NCBI GenBank assembly: GCA_951406725.2
Contig: OX597823.1
Location: 43,462,001 to 43,526,000 of the forward strand
Length of the DNA: 64,000 nt
DNA from: Octopus vulgaris
Lineage: Eukaryota
Reading direction: 5' to 3'
Shown one piece after another: positions 44,150 through 57,841 of the stretch; the stretch's first letter is position 1, and every line of letters begins with the position of its first letter. The position numbers and the translations under genes are program-made. The notes beneath the pieces are model-generated. The model worked only from the letters and a program-made list of their open reading frames with translations, searched no databases and had not been told where the DNA came from.

Positions 44150-44561
44150 TTGAATTCTGTTTTTGTGCCTATTCACATATATGGTAAGGAATGTTGCATA
44201 ATGCCTGAAAGAATACGATCAACAATGAGGTTCCTCCGAAGAATACCATGAATAATGTTACTCAACATGGTGCGTAGCTCTGAAATTAGATAATCACTCG
44301 AGCAGCAACTCTCTATATCCTGAGTTCACTACTTTGGCACTACATTTAAACTGAATGATGCAGGAAAGAATAGCAAGACAGATCCCTCAAACCCAGTCAA
44401 CCAGCAGCAGTCCTGTGGGTAACCCAGGAATACCATGTCTGGATTATATGTATAAGCTCAGTTATTCACATTTGGACAACAAGCCCGGAAAGTCTAGTGA
44501 CGGTCGCTTCTGGGAGGACCCTATAGTGGAGGTGCCTGAGTTATTTACTAGCACGATGTAA
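44150..44561 (+). mobile_element. RTE-clade LINE 3' remnant
   Basis: FLRRI...VRSSEIR, then MMQERIARQI...PVGNPGIPCLDYMYKLSYSHL, a decayed version of RTE RMPQER...RPRGRPRTRWxDY. Confidence 0.65.
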
Positions 44562-44699
44562 CTAATTATAGTGGACGAAGGAAATGGTTGGATAGATGTA
44601 TATATATACATGTATGTGTGGGGTTGTATATATATATATATTATATTATATATACATACATACATACATGTATGTGTGGAGGTGTATATATATGCTCAT

Positions 44700-45300
44700 A
44701 CACAAGGTATTCGGACTGAATTTGATAGTGAGTAAACAAAAACAGATTATCCTATCCAAAAATAAAAGTAATTTGAAAAGTAAAAATATCATCTTGATTA
44801 CGGCTAGAACATAAAAGTTTGCTCAAAGTAGTAGCCCACCACCGTCACAAGACGGCTCTGGCGCCTGGCCCACACATTCCTGGGGGAGATCTTCAAACTC
44901 TACCATCAGCTCGGCCTTTATGCAGCGAGCAGAGCGGTTGGTGTCCTTCACAATGCTGCCACATGCATAACGATTCATGGCTTTGATACCAAAGAAATTA
45001 TGAGGCCAGAAATTAGGGACGTTGAAGTAAAACTTTTCCGCCAAGCAATTCTGATTTTTTCTGAAATATGGCAAGTAGTCGAATCTTGCTGCCACTCATA
45101 TGGCTTTCCACCTGCAACGCTCTAACCAGAGATTGACCACAGTCCACAGCAGCTTCACTACGCCGTCCGAATTGAGTTTAAGACCTTGTGGAGTGGCATG
45201 ATGTCACTCTCAGAGGAAACTCACCAAAATACCATCATACTTTGAGGAAACTTGGTTTCCATGATGTCCATGTGACGTCTTACCGCCTTTACAGTGTTCA
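44700..45300 (-). mobile_element. maT/DD37D-like transposase C-terminal remnant
   Basis: Minus strand WQQDSTTCH, then (frameshift) QNCLAEKFYFNVPNFWPHN...IVKDTNRS...KAELM. Confidence 0.7.
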
Positions 45301-45383
45301 CAGGGCATTGAGAAGTAGACATGAAGAAGAAGAAAGAGAAGAAGAGAAGAAGAAGAAGAAGAAGAAGAAGAAGAAGAAGAAAG

Positions 45384-45415
<32 letters not shown>

Positions 45416-45760
45416 GGAGAGGGAGGGGAGGGCAGTGGGAGGAGGAGGAGAATAATGATTGACAGTTTAATGTTGATCATTACGAGAAAATCCAATACTA
45501 CATTTGACTACATGTAGAATTAATTAAATCCGAATATTGCATTTTAAACACAGAATTGAATCACTGAAGCAAATATTTACCCACATCATGACACGCAATA
45601 TTATCCAATTTAAGGTTTACCTATGCCCGCATGTTCAAACATGCTTCTTCCTGAAAAGGCATACTTTCTGGTCTATAAATTAGCATATATATATGTATAA
45701 TCAAACAAATGGACATCTATATAGTTATACAAATAGATGGCAGCAATAGCCAAATTTCGC

Positions 45761-45812
<52 letters not shown>

Positions 45813-45882
45813 GTTGTAGTTGAAGGGGTAAAATCAAGCCCAGCCAAAGTCAGTAGTGGCGTTGTCATCAGCCAAATTTCGC

Positions 45883-46774
<892 letters not shown>

Positions 46775-47159
46775 TGTATGTATGTATGTATGTTGCAGCG
46801 TGGAAGATGTTTGTAAGCCATTTAAGAACACATATATGTATATGTATGCATGTGTACATACATACATATAGATATAGATATATATATATATATATATAGA
46901 CAATATTGCATTTTAAACACAGAATTGAATCACTGAAGCAAATATTTACCCACATCATGACACGCAATATTATCCAATTTAAGGTTTACCTATGCCCGCA
47001 TGTTCAAACATGCTTCTTCCTGAAAAGGCATACTTTCTGGTCTATAAATTAGCATATATGTATGTATAATCAAACAAATGGACATCTATATAGTTATACA
47101 AATAGATGGCAGCAATAGTTGTCATCAGCCAAAGATACACAGAGATAGAAACACAGAAA

Positions 47160-47216
<57 letters not shown>

Positions 47217-47253
47217 TACATATATATACATACATACATATATACATACACAT

Positions 47254-47296
<43 letters not shown>

Positions 47297-47301
<5 letters not shown>

Positions 47302-47540
47302 CTTTATGAACCCACAAGGGGCTAAACACAGAGGGGACAAACAAGGACAGACAAAGGGATTAAGTCGACTACATGGACCCCAGTGCGTAACTGGTACTTA
47401 ATTTATCGACCCAACGAAAGGATGAAAGGCAAAGTCGAAAGAAGGAATTTGAACTCGGAACGTAACGACAGACGAAATACGGCTACGAATTATCGCCATA
47501 TATACATATATATACATACCAGCTCGCCGCCAGCTCGCTA
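47297..47540 (-). mobile_element. SINE family A with Tx1-like tail, 3' end in (TA)n
   Basis: TTTCTTTATGAACCCACAAGGGGCTAAACACAGAGGGGACAAACAAGG, then core and head. Confidence 0.85.
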
Positions 47541-47545
47541 TATAT

Positions 47546-47656
47546 AGAAGAAGAAGAAGAAGAAGAAGAAGAAGAAGAAGAAGAAGAAGAAGAAGAAGAA
47601 GAAGAAGAAGAAGAAGAAGAAGAAGAAGAAGAAGAAGAAGAAGAAGAAGAAGAAGA
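47546..47656. repeat. Pure (GAA)n tract
   Basis: Direct reading. Confidence 0.95.
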
Positions 47657-48700
47657 ATGTGGAAGTGGTATAACAGTAGCAGGATGTGGTGGAATCCTCT
47701 TAAATGGTCAAGTGACTTAAAAGTGACTCGTTTTGGTTGGAATAGTAGTGACTGGAATTGTTCTGAATAAATTTATATGAAGTGACTGATTTGAAAATAT
47801 CGTTTTTAATATTTGCGTGTGAGTTATACTAAGGCCCTGGGGATATTGTCATTTGTGATGGATGCATTCAAATTGATAGAGGGGAAAAATTCTGAAGCTG
47901 GGTTGTTTGTTATTGGTGCAAATATCGATGTGTTCACTGAGTTGAACCGTTCAACTCATGCTACCCCAGACACACTAGAATGAATATCCCCTTCAATCTA
48001 GCAAAAAAGATTTGTATTATAGTTTCTAATACAAGCACTAGGGACACACGGCTACATGAACCAAAGGACACGCTCATCACCAGGAACTACCCACCATCAT
48101 TAATTGATATATGCTTTCAACATGTCTTACATTTCAACATCCACGAACTCAGACATCCCAAATTAAAGAAGGATTTAGAACCAAAAGCTCTACCATACAT
48201 CACACACATCCCTCTTAACACTGACGCCTTCGACACCATCCTCCAAAACATTCCCCTACTAAAAAGGGACCACAGAATTAATTTAATCTTCCAAACGAAC
48301 ACCATAATAAAGAGTAAAAGACATCCCAAATTTATGAAAAGTCTCCTAATACACGCCCGAATACGCTCAACAACAACACTGAAGCTCTCAGTAAAAAATG
48401 AGGAAGACCTAAGTATTGGTACATGCGTCAACCTAATTGAGGAATCAGAGTTCTTTTTCGAACAGGGTCAACGTTTCACAGTGAAAAGCAATTTCATATG
48501 TGCTTCGGACTACCTGATATATGTATTAATCTTTTCTGGGTGTCGTGAGCAATACATAGGCAAAACCCAAAACAGTCAACGTCAGAGGATGTCTCTACAC
48601 AGATCTCAGATCAAAATTCCGAAAACCAGACAAATAGCATCCTTCATGCTTTACTCTTAGCTGAAAATGTAGCAAAACTGAAACCGGTACTAAAATGTTC
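47657..48700 (+). mobile_element. Penelope-like element remnant (RT C-terminal region plus GIY-YIG endonuclease), rearranged
   Basis: PFNSCYPRHTRMNIPFNLAKKIC...YLIYVLIFSGCREQYIGKT...RQRMSLHRSQI; the apparent continuation LSEHIDIC lies inverted at 47657-47946. Confidence 0.85.
48657..48693 (+). ncRNA. Minimal type I hammerhead ribozyme-like motif (probably decayed)
   Basis: TTAG-CTGAAAA-tgtagcaaaact-GAAA-CCGG-TA-CTAA: stem I TTAG/CTAA, palindromic stem III ACCGGT, GUA site; core G8 is A and stem II is weak. Confidence 0.55.
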
Positions 48701-48747
48701 TTCATGATAAAATTATTTTAGCATTTTATACTTAGCCCTATTTTCCT

Positions 48748-48799
<52 letters not shown>

Positions 48800-49331
48800 T
48801 GTGCATACACATTCACAAAACACTCAAAAATTCCTGTATCTAAGCTATATGTATTTATACCTGTACACACATATGTGTATACATATAATGAATGTGTGTT
48901 TGTGTGTAGACAAATTAGGATAAGTTGTTCAATATAAACGATGTTAGAGAATGTATTCAACTGAATGGGAATTAAGGATCGAAAAATCGAAAAAGCACCC
49001 CACGAAACTCCCTAAAATTAGTCGAAGCATAAACGTATCGGTAATCGGTGATTCAATCGTCCAGCAAGTTTTAAATTCATATTTCGATTCATACCAGTGG
49101 CTTTGTGATCGCGTTTCAGTTTCAAATTAGCTTCATGAGTATGATACCATTGATATTGTTCAAATTAATATACACACATGCGCACATACCTACATACACA
49201 CACACACACACACATACATACATACATACATACATACATAATACATATATACAGAAAGACAGACATATATGCATGTATACCAACCATATTCGACGCTTCC
49301 AAAGTTCGAGCACACACACGCACATATATAT

Positions 49332-49385
<54 letters not shown>

Positions 49386-49458
49386 GATGTACATATACCT
49401 CTATATCTGTATTTATCGATTAATATACATATGTATATATATATATTTATTAATATAC

Positions 49459-49500
<42 letters not shown>

Positions 49501-49811
49501 CATACACTTATTTGTGTGTATGTAGGTATAGATACATACATATATGCATGTATGTATACATATATGCATGCATATATATATATATAAATGGATGCAAGTA
49601 TATATACATACATACGTACATACACTTATGTATGAAAGTAAATTTATTAATACTTGTTTTATGTATGTTATACTATCGAAAATTAATTTGAAATAGAACT
49701 CCCTCCAGGTATCCTGTTTATATGCATATATTTCAAGGTGGGGGTGTATAAATGTACGCGCGCACACACATGCACACACAACGCTCGAGCACATACACCC
49801 ACACGTGGATT

Positions 49812-49876
<65 letters not shown>

Positions 49877-49877
49877 G

Positions 49878-49934
<57 letters not shown>

Positions 49935-49990
49935 GCATACATACATACATGCACACACAACGCTCGAGCACATACGCCCACACGTGGATT

Positions 49991-50048
<58 letters not shown>

Positions 50049-50083
50049 AAGACACACAGGCAGACATACAGACAGACAGACAA

Positions 50084-50157
<74 letters not shown>

Positions 50158-50729
50158 GCATGCATACATACATACATACATACATACATACATACATGCA
50201 TGCATTCATACATACATACACACATACATACATACATACATACATACATACATACATACATACATACATACATACATACATACATACATACATTCTTAAC
50301 AACATAGATGTATATGCCGATACCTAATTTAGATTTAATATAATTGAACTAGATTGTAGAAATGCATTTTACTTGGAATGAAGCTTAAAACAGTTATCAC
50401 TAAAGTTAATTTATCCTTGACCTACAAATATTTACAAACCTGGTCTCACGCAATTATATTCGTAAGCATTTTTAATTAATATTTAATTAACAGAATATAG
50501 CCCCCCAGCCACATAAACTCCAACGCAAACTTAATGGTTAGTTCCCGGCTTTAGTTGTTTGCTCTCCTGTGTTATAACAGTAACATATATACAAGCAACA
50601 ATCACTAAAAACACATATATAAATATATGTATATACAACCCTGCGTTTACTACCAAACTAACACAGCTTTTGTGGGGTGGAGAGAGAAAAGCGATCTCAG
50701 TTTTTGTTTAGCAATATTTTTGATGTGTA

Positions 50730-50980
50730 GGGCGGTGAGCTGGCAGAATCTTTAGCATCCGTTTGTCTGTCTTTGTTTGTCCCCTCTGTGTTTAGCCACT
50801 TGTGGGTAGTAATGAAATAGGTATTTCATCTGTTTTTACGTTCTAAGTTCAAATTCCACCGAGGTCGACTTTGCTTGGGTCGATAAGTTAAGCACCAGCT
50901 GCGTACTGGATTTGATCCAATCGCCTGCCCCCTTCACATCGCACAAAATTTCGAGCCTTGTGCCTAGGCTATAGTAGAAA
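50730..50980 (+). mobile_element. SINE family A with a ~60-bp Tx1-like tail piece inside its head
   Basis: Head GGCGGTGAGCTGGCAGAATC, insert about 50760-50819, then GGTATTTC...GTTCAAATTCCACCGAGGTCGAC and the ordinary tail. Confidence 0.8.
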
Positions 50981-51598
50981 CACTTGTTCAAGGGGCTCCG
51001 CAGTATGTTTGGGCTCAATTCTTATTTGTCAATTGATTAACTTTACTACCAATTGATTAATCGATTGTTTGATTGATCGTTCAGTCAATTAATCAATCAC
51101 TTATATTTGTCAAAGTATTTTCTTTACCGTTTTGCAACCTCATCAGTGATATGCTTTCTGTACCCCAAGTTTAAGAAGTGAAATATGATCTGTGCTTCTG
51201 TTATTGACATAACGACTCTGACGCGGTGCAAAGAAAAAGAAAAGAGAATTTGTCTTTGCCACTCTTTTCTCTCTACTCATTCCTTATAAATATACGCTCC
51301 CAAATCTCTTTCTCCAAGTCTTTTAATAAAATCACCTCTCTACTTTCTCTCTACAAACTCATTTATACCTTACCCATCCTGCATATATACCACTAAACAA
51401 CCAATACCCTCCTACCAAATAAGTTTGAAAATCCATAATAAGCAGAAATTTTGAAGTCACAACATTTTCTTTGGAAAACATAAATGCACGCAGAAACGCT
51501 CGTGCATACACAAAAATTCACAAAAACACAAAAGACAAAGACAAATGGTATAGTCAACAAACAGATGCATTAGTTTAACGCTTCGGAAGTGAAAAAGT

Positions 51599-51634
51599 CT
51601 TTAACGTTTCGAGCCTAAGCTCTTCCACAGAAAG
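51599..51634 (-). ncRNA. Minimal type I hammerhead ribozyme-like motif in a probable Penelope-derived repeat
   Basis: Minus: CTTT-CTGTGGA-A-GAGC(TTAG)GCTC-GAAA-CG-TT-AAAG; stems I and II perfect, palindromic AACGTT stem III; core A6 is U. Confidence 0.6.
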
Positions 51635-51955
51635 GAATACAGAAAGAAACAAGGAGACAAAGTAATGAATGTGTAGTGGCTAGCGATCTATCATGGCGAA
51701 GGCCGGACAGAGAGGTAGCAAAAAAGTTTTGAAAGCACAAAAATGTTAAGAAAGGTTCAAAAATTTCAAACGTGGTGGTGTATTGGAACGATTGCTCATC
51801 AACAGAGGAGTCCTGTGTAATCCATGGGCAGAAGAGGTGCAACTGAATTGTACGAGAGTATGTGCGAATGTGTATGTATGTATGTATGTATGTATGTATG
51901 TATGTATGTATGTATGTAGGTATGTTTGTATGTATGCATGCATGTATAGTTATAT

Positions 51956-52004
<49 letters not shown>

Positions 52005-52724
52005 GGACCGGGTTTATAACTGCGTTTCTATTTTTCATTTCTGACGTATATTTTAATAGTAAAAGGTATGAATTGCGTATTTATAAACCATGTGTGCTCA
52101 TGGACTTGCACATATCTGGATGAAATATAATATGTCTATGCCGATATTTATATGTTTTTGCTGAAATATATGACGTATGAGATTTCCTATCCATGCGATA
52201 TTGTCCGACTATAATTTTTAGGGACGTATTCAGCACTCCCCTATTCTGCTTCCAATTCTATTTGATGTTGTCTTCTGTTATCTCATAGTATTCTATAGCA
52301 TTGATTAATTGCTTATTTAAGCACTCGAACAAATATTGGATTTTTCTACAGAATAACGTGCTAGTTCACTGGCTTTGGTGTTGAGCTAACGATCATTACA
52401 TCTGGAATCGATTCACGGCCATGTAGGCGTGATTTTTGCTCGAGCACAGCGCCTCGTTTTATGTTGCTACAGTCTACTCAACTAAAAAGATTCGCAGCTT
52501 AATGTTAGGACAGATTTTTCTACATCCAGTGATCCCATTCTGGTTGTTTTGCTGGGCCTAGAGACAAGAGGGCCGAGTGTGTGTTTATTTCTCAAGAGTA
52601 CATAGATATCTAAGCAACACTAACGAAAGCATGAGACAAGCTACAAGCTCTTGTTCGTTTGTGTGTTACTGCTACAGTTTTCTTTTTAAATCAAATGTAT
52701 TTTTCTGATGTATTAACGTAATGA

Positions 52725-52885
52725 GATTGCAAAATCGTTAGTGTGTCAGATAGAATGCGTTATATTTTCCAGTTCTCTATGTTCTTAATTCAAATACGGC
52801 CAAGGTCAACTTTGCCTTTAATCCATAGGGTCGATAAAATTCGCGCCAATCAAATTGCTGCTTCGTGACACATTTCGAAAAATAT
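52725..52885 (+). mobile_element. SINE family A, degenerate
   Basis: TTCAAATACGGCCAAGGTCAACTTTGCCTTTAATCCATAGGGTCGATAAAA; another degenerate copy at about 53130-53274. Confidence 0.65.
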
Positions 52886-53274
52886 TATTGATATATATTT
52901 TGTCGATATTAGTGTGGTTCGAAATCGGAATAGAAATAATCAAAACTCGATATATGTAATGCGTATAATTACGATAATCTATAGAAATATGTTAAAGTCA
53001 CAAATTATGTTAATATTACTACTATTAAATAATAGAGTGGTTGTAACTTAATAAACGTCCGTTAAATGCTAATACTTAACGGCGTTGTTTTGCGTTTTGA
53101 TTCAAATCTTTTTAGAATTGATGGACTTTGAAATAATCGGGCAATGGGAACAATACTTCTGGGATTTCTTCCAGGCTTTTATGTCTCGGATTCTATTCTC
53201 TCAGTGGTCAACTTTGCCGTTCATCCCTCTGGGGTAATCAAAATAAAGTATCAGACAAATATTTAGGATGATGG

Positions 53275-54360
53275 TATTATAAAAATAGGATCACATGCGG
53301 TCGTATCGTGTAGGAGACACGGTCGCACGTGGTCATATTCTTAATGAAATATTACTGACCATATAATACATACAGCGGCAATAGAACACAAGTGGAATGA
53401 CAACAAGATTTCTTTTTGAGATATATACATTATTTATTTCACATATTTTACAATCATGCTGATGTTGGAAGTTTGTAAGTGTTAGCATGTTTTTGTGTCC
53501 GTGTGTTCGTGAGAGCGACAGAGCAAATCAGGTGAATGTGATTGACATAGAAAAGTTAGTAGCAGATGGCTTAAAGTAGTTCTTAGAAGAACTAGAACTC
53601 AAGACAGATAATTGATTTACCGTTTATGAGGTACACGGAGTGTAAGAGTTCTATACCAAGACGTTGCGTCTCGAAGTTGAGATTAATTGAATCACTTGTG
53701 TTTATCTTTCTCTTGATATGAATATTCTTTCAGATATATTTACTGTAGCCGTTTTTCCCGTGGTGAGATTTTCACCTAACCGCTAGAGTTGAATCCGTAG
53801 TTGTCTTGTGTACAAATTAAATCTTCGTAGACAAAGACGACGTTGGCGATGACGTCGTGTCTGTCGCTTGGTTTTTGGAGCGTCTTCATTATATGTTCTG
53901 CTTGGTTATTTTTCTCTTGATATAATGGTGGTCGCCTGCCTTTCGAACTGGAACATGGTCGAGTATGCTCTGTGTGGTCAGAGGTTTAGTACTGAGAAGG
54001 ACTAGAACCCAAAGAAGAACTCTGTGGTCAGAGGTTAGCCCTGAGAAGGACTGTAACCTAAGACGAACTCTGTGGTCAGAGGTTTAGCTCTGAAAAGAAC
54101 TAAAAACCTAAGACCAAAGGTGTTTGAAAACACTCCTTTATATATTGTTTGGGTGGCTCAAGCGAACTTCAGAAATGGAAAGCTGTGATTGGCTGCTTGG
54201 AACAAATGGCGCGAAAATAAGCGGAGGCAAATCGCGTCACGTGACAACCAGGGGTGCGAACGTAGTAGAGACCACTCGTGTCACATGTCAATCAGTGGCG
54301 CAAAAATAGGTAGAGACAAATCGCATCACATGTCAACCAATCGGATTAGTGTTTACAACA
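53275..54360 (-). mobile_element. Probable solo LTR (~1.09 kb)
   Basis: Minus strand starts TGTTGTAAA and ends TTTATAATA (imperfect terminal IR); flanks ATGG/ATGT; CCAAT, then TATATAAAG, then AATAAA in LTR order; three ~48-bp tandem repeats. Confidence 0.6.
54135..54345 (-). promoter_or_regulatory. Pol II promoter-like cluster in the putative U3
   Basis: TATA 54135-54144, CCAAT 54187-54192, E2F-type GGCGCGAAAA 54208-54217, palindromic GTCACGTGAC 54236-54245, two TCACATGTCA motifs. Confidence 0.55.
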
Positions 54361-54911
54361 ATGTTAAACTAGCCGAAGATGTTTGTAATCTCGAACGAGA
54401 TTATTCTAAATACTCTTCTCAAACAGTGAAGATAGCAATGAGGGAAACGATATTGCTACAGTATCAACAACCACGCTCACCTGAAAATCTTTGGCTTTGT
54501 GTTTGAATTAATGACAATTACCTATAGAAGTTGTTATAAAGATAATGGCATTAAATGAATGATCGTCGAGCAAGAAATAATATCCATAAAAATTGAATAT
54601 TAGCTAAGGTTTGTTTCCCTTCAGTTATAGCTTGCAAATCTTTTATATACATAAATATTTAAATATATAGGTATATGTATGTATACATTCATATATATAT
54701 ATATATATGCTGATATAATGTATGTATGTATGTATGTATGTATGTATGTATGTATGTATGTATGTATATATGCATGTATGTAAATATACATACAGTCATT
54801 ATTCAAAGTACAGACATAATTTCTTTGGTGAATGCATTAGAAATTTAGTTCTCTAGTATCCGCTTGTTTCTTTTGCTTCATTTATTTAAACTTATTTAAG
54901 ACGTTATACAA

Positions 54912-55042
54912 AACTAGAAAAGCACTCGGAGAGCGCAGACCTCCGCCAAACAGCTCATTTCCACCCATATATACGCATGCTGAAAATCACCCAATTTCCC
55001 AAACCAACGCCGGCAAAAGCATAACTTCCTTGGCAGGGTTAA
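54912..55042 (-). mobile_element. Short deletion derivative of a Helentron-type (HINE/DINE-like) element
   Basis: AGCACTCGGAGAGCGCAGACCTCCGCCAA and ATAACTTCCTTGGCAGGGT resemble the two ends of the element at 61001-61770 in reverse orientation. Confidence 0.6.
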
Positions 55043-55319
55043 AAAAATAAGACAGCCATATGAATTTAAAAAAAAAACTTTAAAAACAGGAATCATCTGA
55101 AGCAGTTATAATACCTTAATGACAACAGCAAGCTAGTTTCACCGTACAACGAAAAAAAAAGAACAGTTTCTTAAACGATTAGTGTTAAGATAGATGCGCC
55201 AGTAAAATTACTAATAGAGAAACGGAAATAAACTTTGGAAACAGCAACGCCACCATAGGTTAGGTGGAAACAATGAATGTGTTTTCAAGGGAGATAATCA
55301 AAGAATGTAACACTGTAAT

Positions 55320-55680
55320 AATTTTGGCAGGAAACCAGCAACATCGTGAGAATGCTTTTAGTCGATTACTTTGGCATCAGTACTCAAGAGGTGCTTAAGT
55401 CATGGTCTCGGAAAAGATGAAGTGAGAAGTAGACGTCAGCGACATTTCAGCTAAGTACGTAAAGAACCGGAAGAAATGCTGCTAAGGATTTCGTCCGGTG
55501 CGCTAACGATATTGCCAGCTCGGCGCCTTTCAAATCCATCGATCGCAGAGCTCAACTGGCACCAAAAAGATGAAAAGCAAAGTCAATATCGGTGAAATTT
55601 GAACTCAGAAAGTAAAGCCAGAAGAATTGTCATTACGCATTTTGTCTGGTGAACTAACATTAAAGCCAGATCGGCACTTT
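55320..55680 (-). mobile_element. Two degenerate SINE family A copies in tandem
   Basis: GCCAGCTCGGCGCC head at about 55515; GATGAAAAGCAAAGTCAA...ATTTGAACTCAGAA core at about 55570-55610. Confidence 0.6.
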
Positions 55681-56987
55681 AAATTAATAGAAATAATAAA
55701 AAGTCTTAGAGGATACGTTTTACTCCACCAATATAAATTTTTTTATCATTCATCCTCTTCTGCAAAATTACTAAAGTTCACGAGCTACCGAACATAACAG
55801 GTTCCTTTATAGGTCCATCGACGAAGTCTACATATGTCGGAATACACCATGCATCAATGATGAAGACTAATAAGGCAGGAGCATATGCAGAATTGTACTC
55901 CTTCCTCCACGGCACACTATATTGTATTCGTAATAATTAATGAAAATCATTGAGTTATTTCAAAATATCTTAATTTGGCTCAAATTATTATGTAAAAAAG
56001 AATAATTGTTCTCATTAATAAGGCTGATATTTTAATTGATTAAAAGATCTTAAATTATTAAATCAAGTATGCTATCCTCCCACTTTATGATGTGTTTGTA
56101 TGTGTATATATATATATACATACGTATATATGTGTATACACACACACACACACATAGGCCTAGTTAAGATATAATTCTAGATGTGGGTGTATACGTATAT
56201 GTGTGTATTTGTGTAAAGTCATATAATGTGTGCATCCCTGTGCGCATGTGTACTCATGCGTGTATAGTTGTGTTTGCGTCTCTGTGTGAGTAAATGATTT
56301 GTCGATGTATGCACGTGTATATACACTCACAAACGCATGCACGCACACATGCTTACATACACACACACCTATATATATGTATGTATGTATGTATGAATGT
56401 ATGAATGTAAGGATGGATGGATGTATGTATGTATGGATGTATGTATGGATGTATGTATGTATGTATGCGTGAATGTATAGTTTCCGATACACTAATTCTA
56501 CATATTAGATTTCATAATTACATGCTTATTAGATCAAGTTACACATTGATGTGAGACTAATTCTATACACGAGTGTACATACATATGAAAGTAGTTTTGT
56601 GTCTGTGTACATGTGTAAGTGCCTGATGTGGTAAAAACGGAACCGCGCGTGTATATAAATGTATATGCGTGAGTGTACACACATACACACACACACACAC
56701 AAACATACACACTCGTACATTTCTGTGAAAGTGAAGCTAATATTGTTAACTTCGAAATTATCTCAGTTTGTTATACTTTATTTTTTTCCACTTTAGCTTT
56801 CCTTTTTGTAATTTGTCATTTGTTCTCGCCGAAAACATGTACATACGTGAATACACTTACATACATACATACATACATACACACACACATGTACGTACAT
56901 ACATACATACATACATACGTACGTACTACGTACATACATACATACATACGTACGTACATACATACATACATACTTACATATAGTTAC

Positions 56988-57033
<46 letters not shown>

Positions 57034-57057
57034 ATGCGCGCTTACATACATATATAT

Positions 57058-57105
<48 letters not shown>

Positions 57106-57604
57106 GTATATTATATATATATAGTACATATATATACATATATATATAAATATACATATTTAATAAATATATATAAACATATATATATATATATATAAGT
57201 ATATATATATGTATACATTTATACATACACATAGATATACACATATACATACAAAGATATTCGCATACATTCATATATATAGTTATGAGCTTTATGACAT
57301 TGCTGGCACTCACACATTTCCATTGACATTGCATACACATTTGTGCGGTTGTACATTTTTGTGTGCATTGTGTCTTTATAGTCCGTGTATGTGTGTGTTT
57401 GCGTCTGTCTATGTGTGTGGGTGTCTATGAGTGTGTGCGTGTGTTAGTGCGCACGCGCGTGTGTGAAGGTATGACGTCGTGCTAGAAACACACTTTGTAC
57501 ATCTGCGTCTATATTTCTATATTCTAAACACTATTAAATAAACATATCTAATTTTCATAGCGGGGTTATATTTCGTACTTTAGTAATAATAGATAGATAG
57601 ATAA

Positions 57605-57673
<69 letters not shown>

Positions 57674-57704
57674 TTGTAAGATAAATATTTAGATTTATAG
57701 ATTG

Positions 57705-57735
<31 letters not shown>

Positions 57736-57744
57736 GATAAATGT

Positions 57745-57841
<97 letters not shown>

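Noticed and set aside
53969-54115. Three ~48-bp repeats superficially like a CRISPR array
   Set aside because: Contiguous tandem units without unique spacers, eukaryotic context, no cas genes
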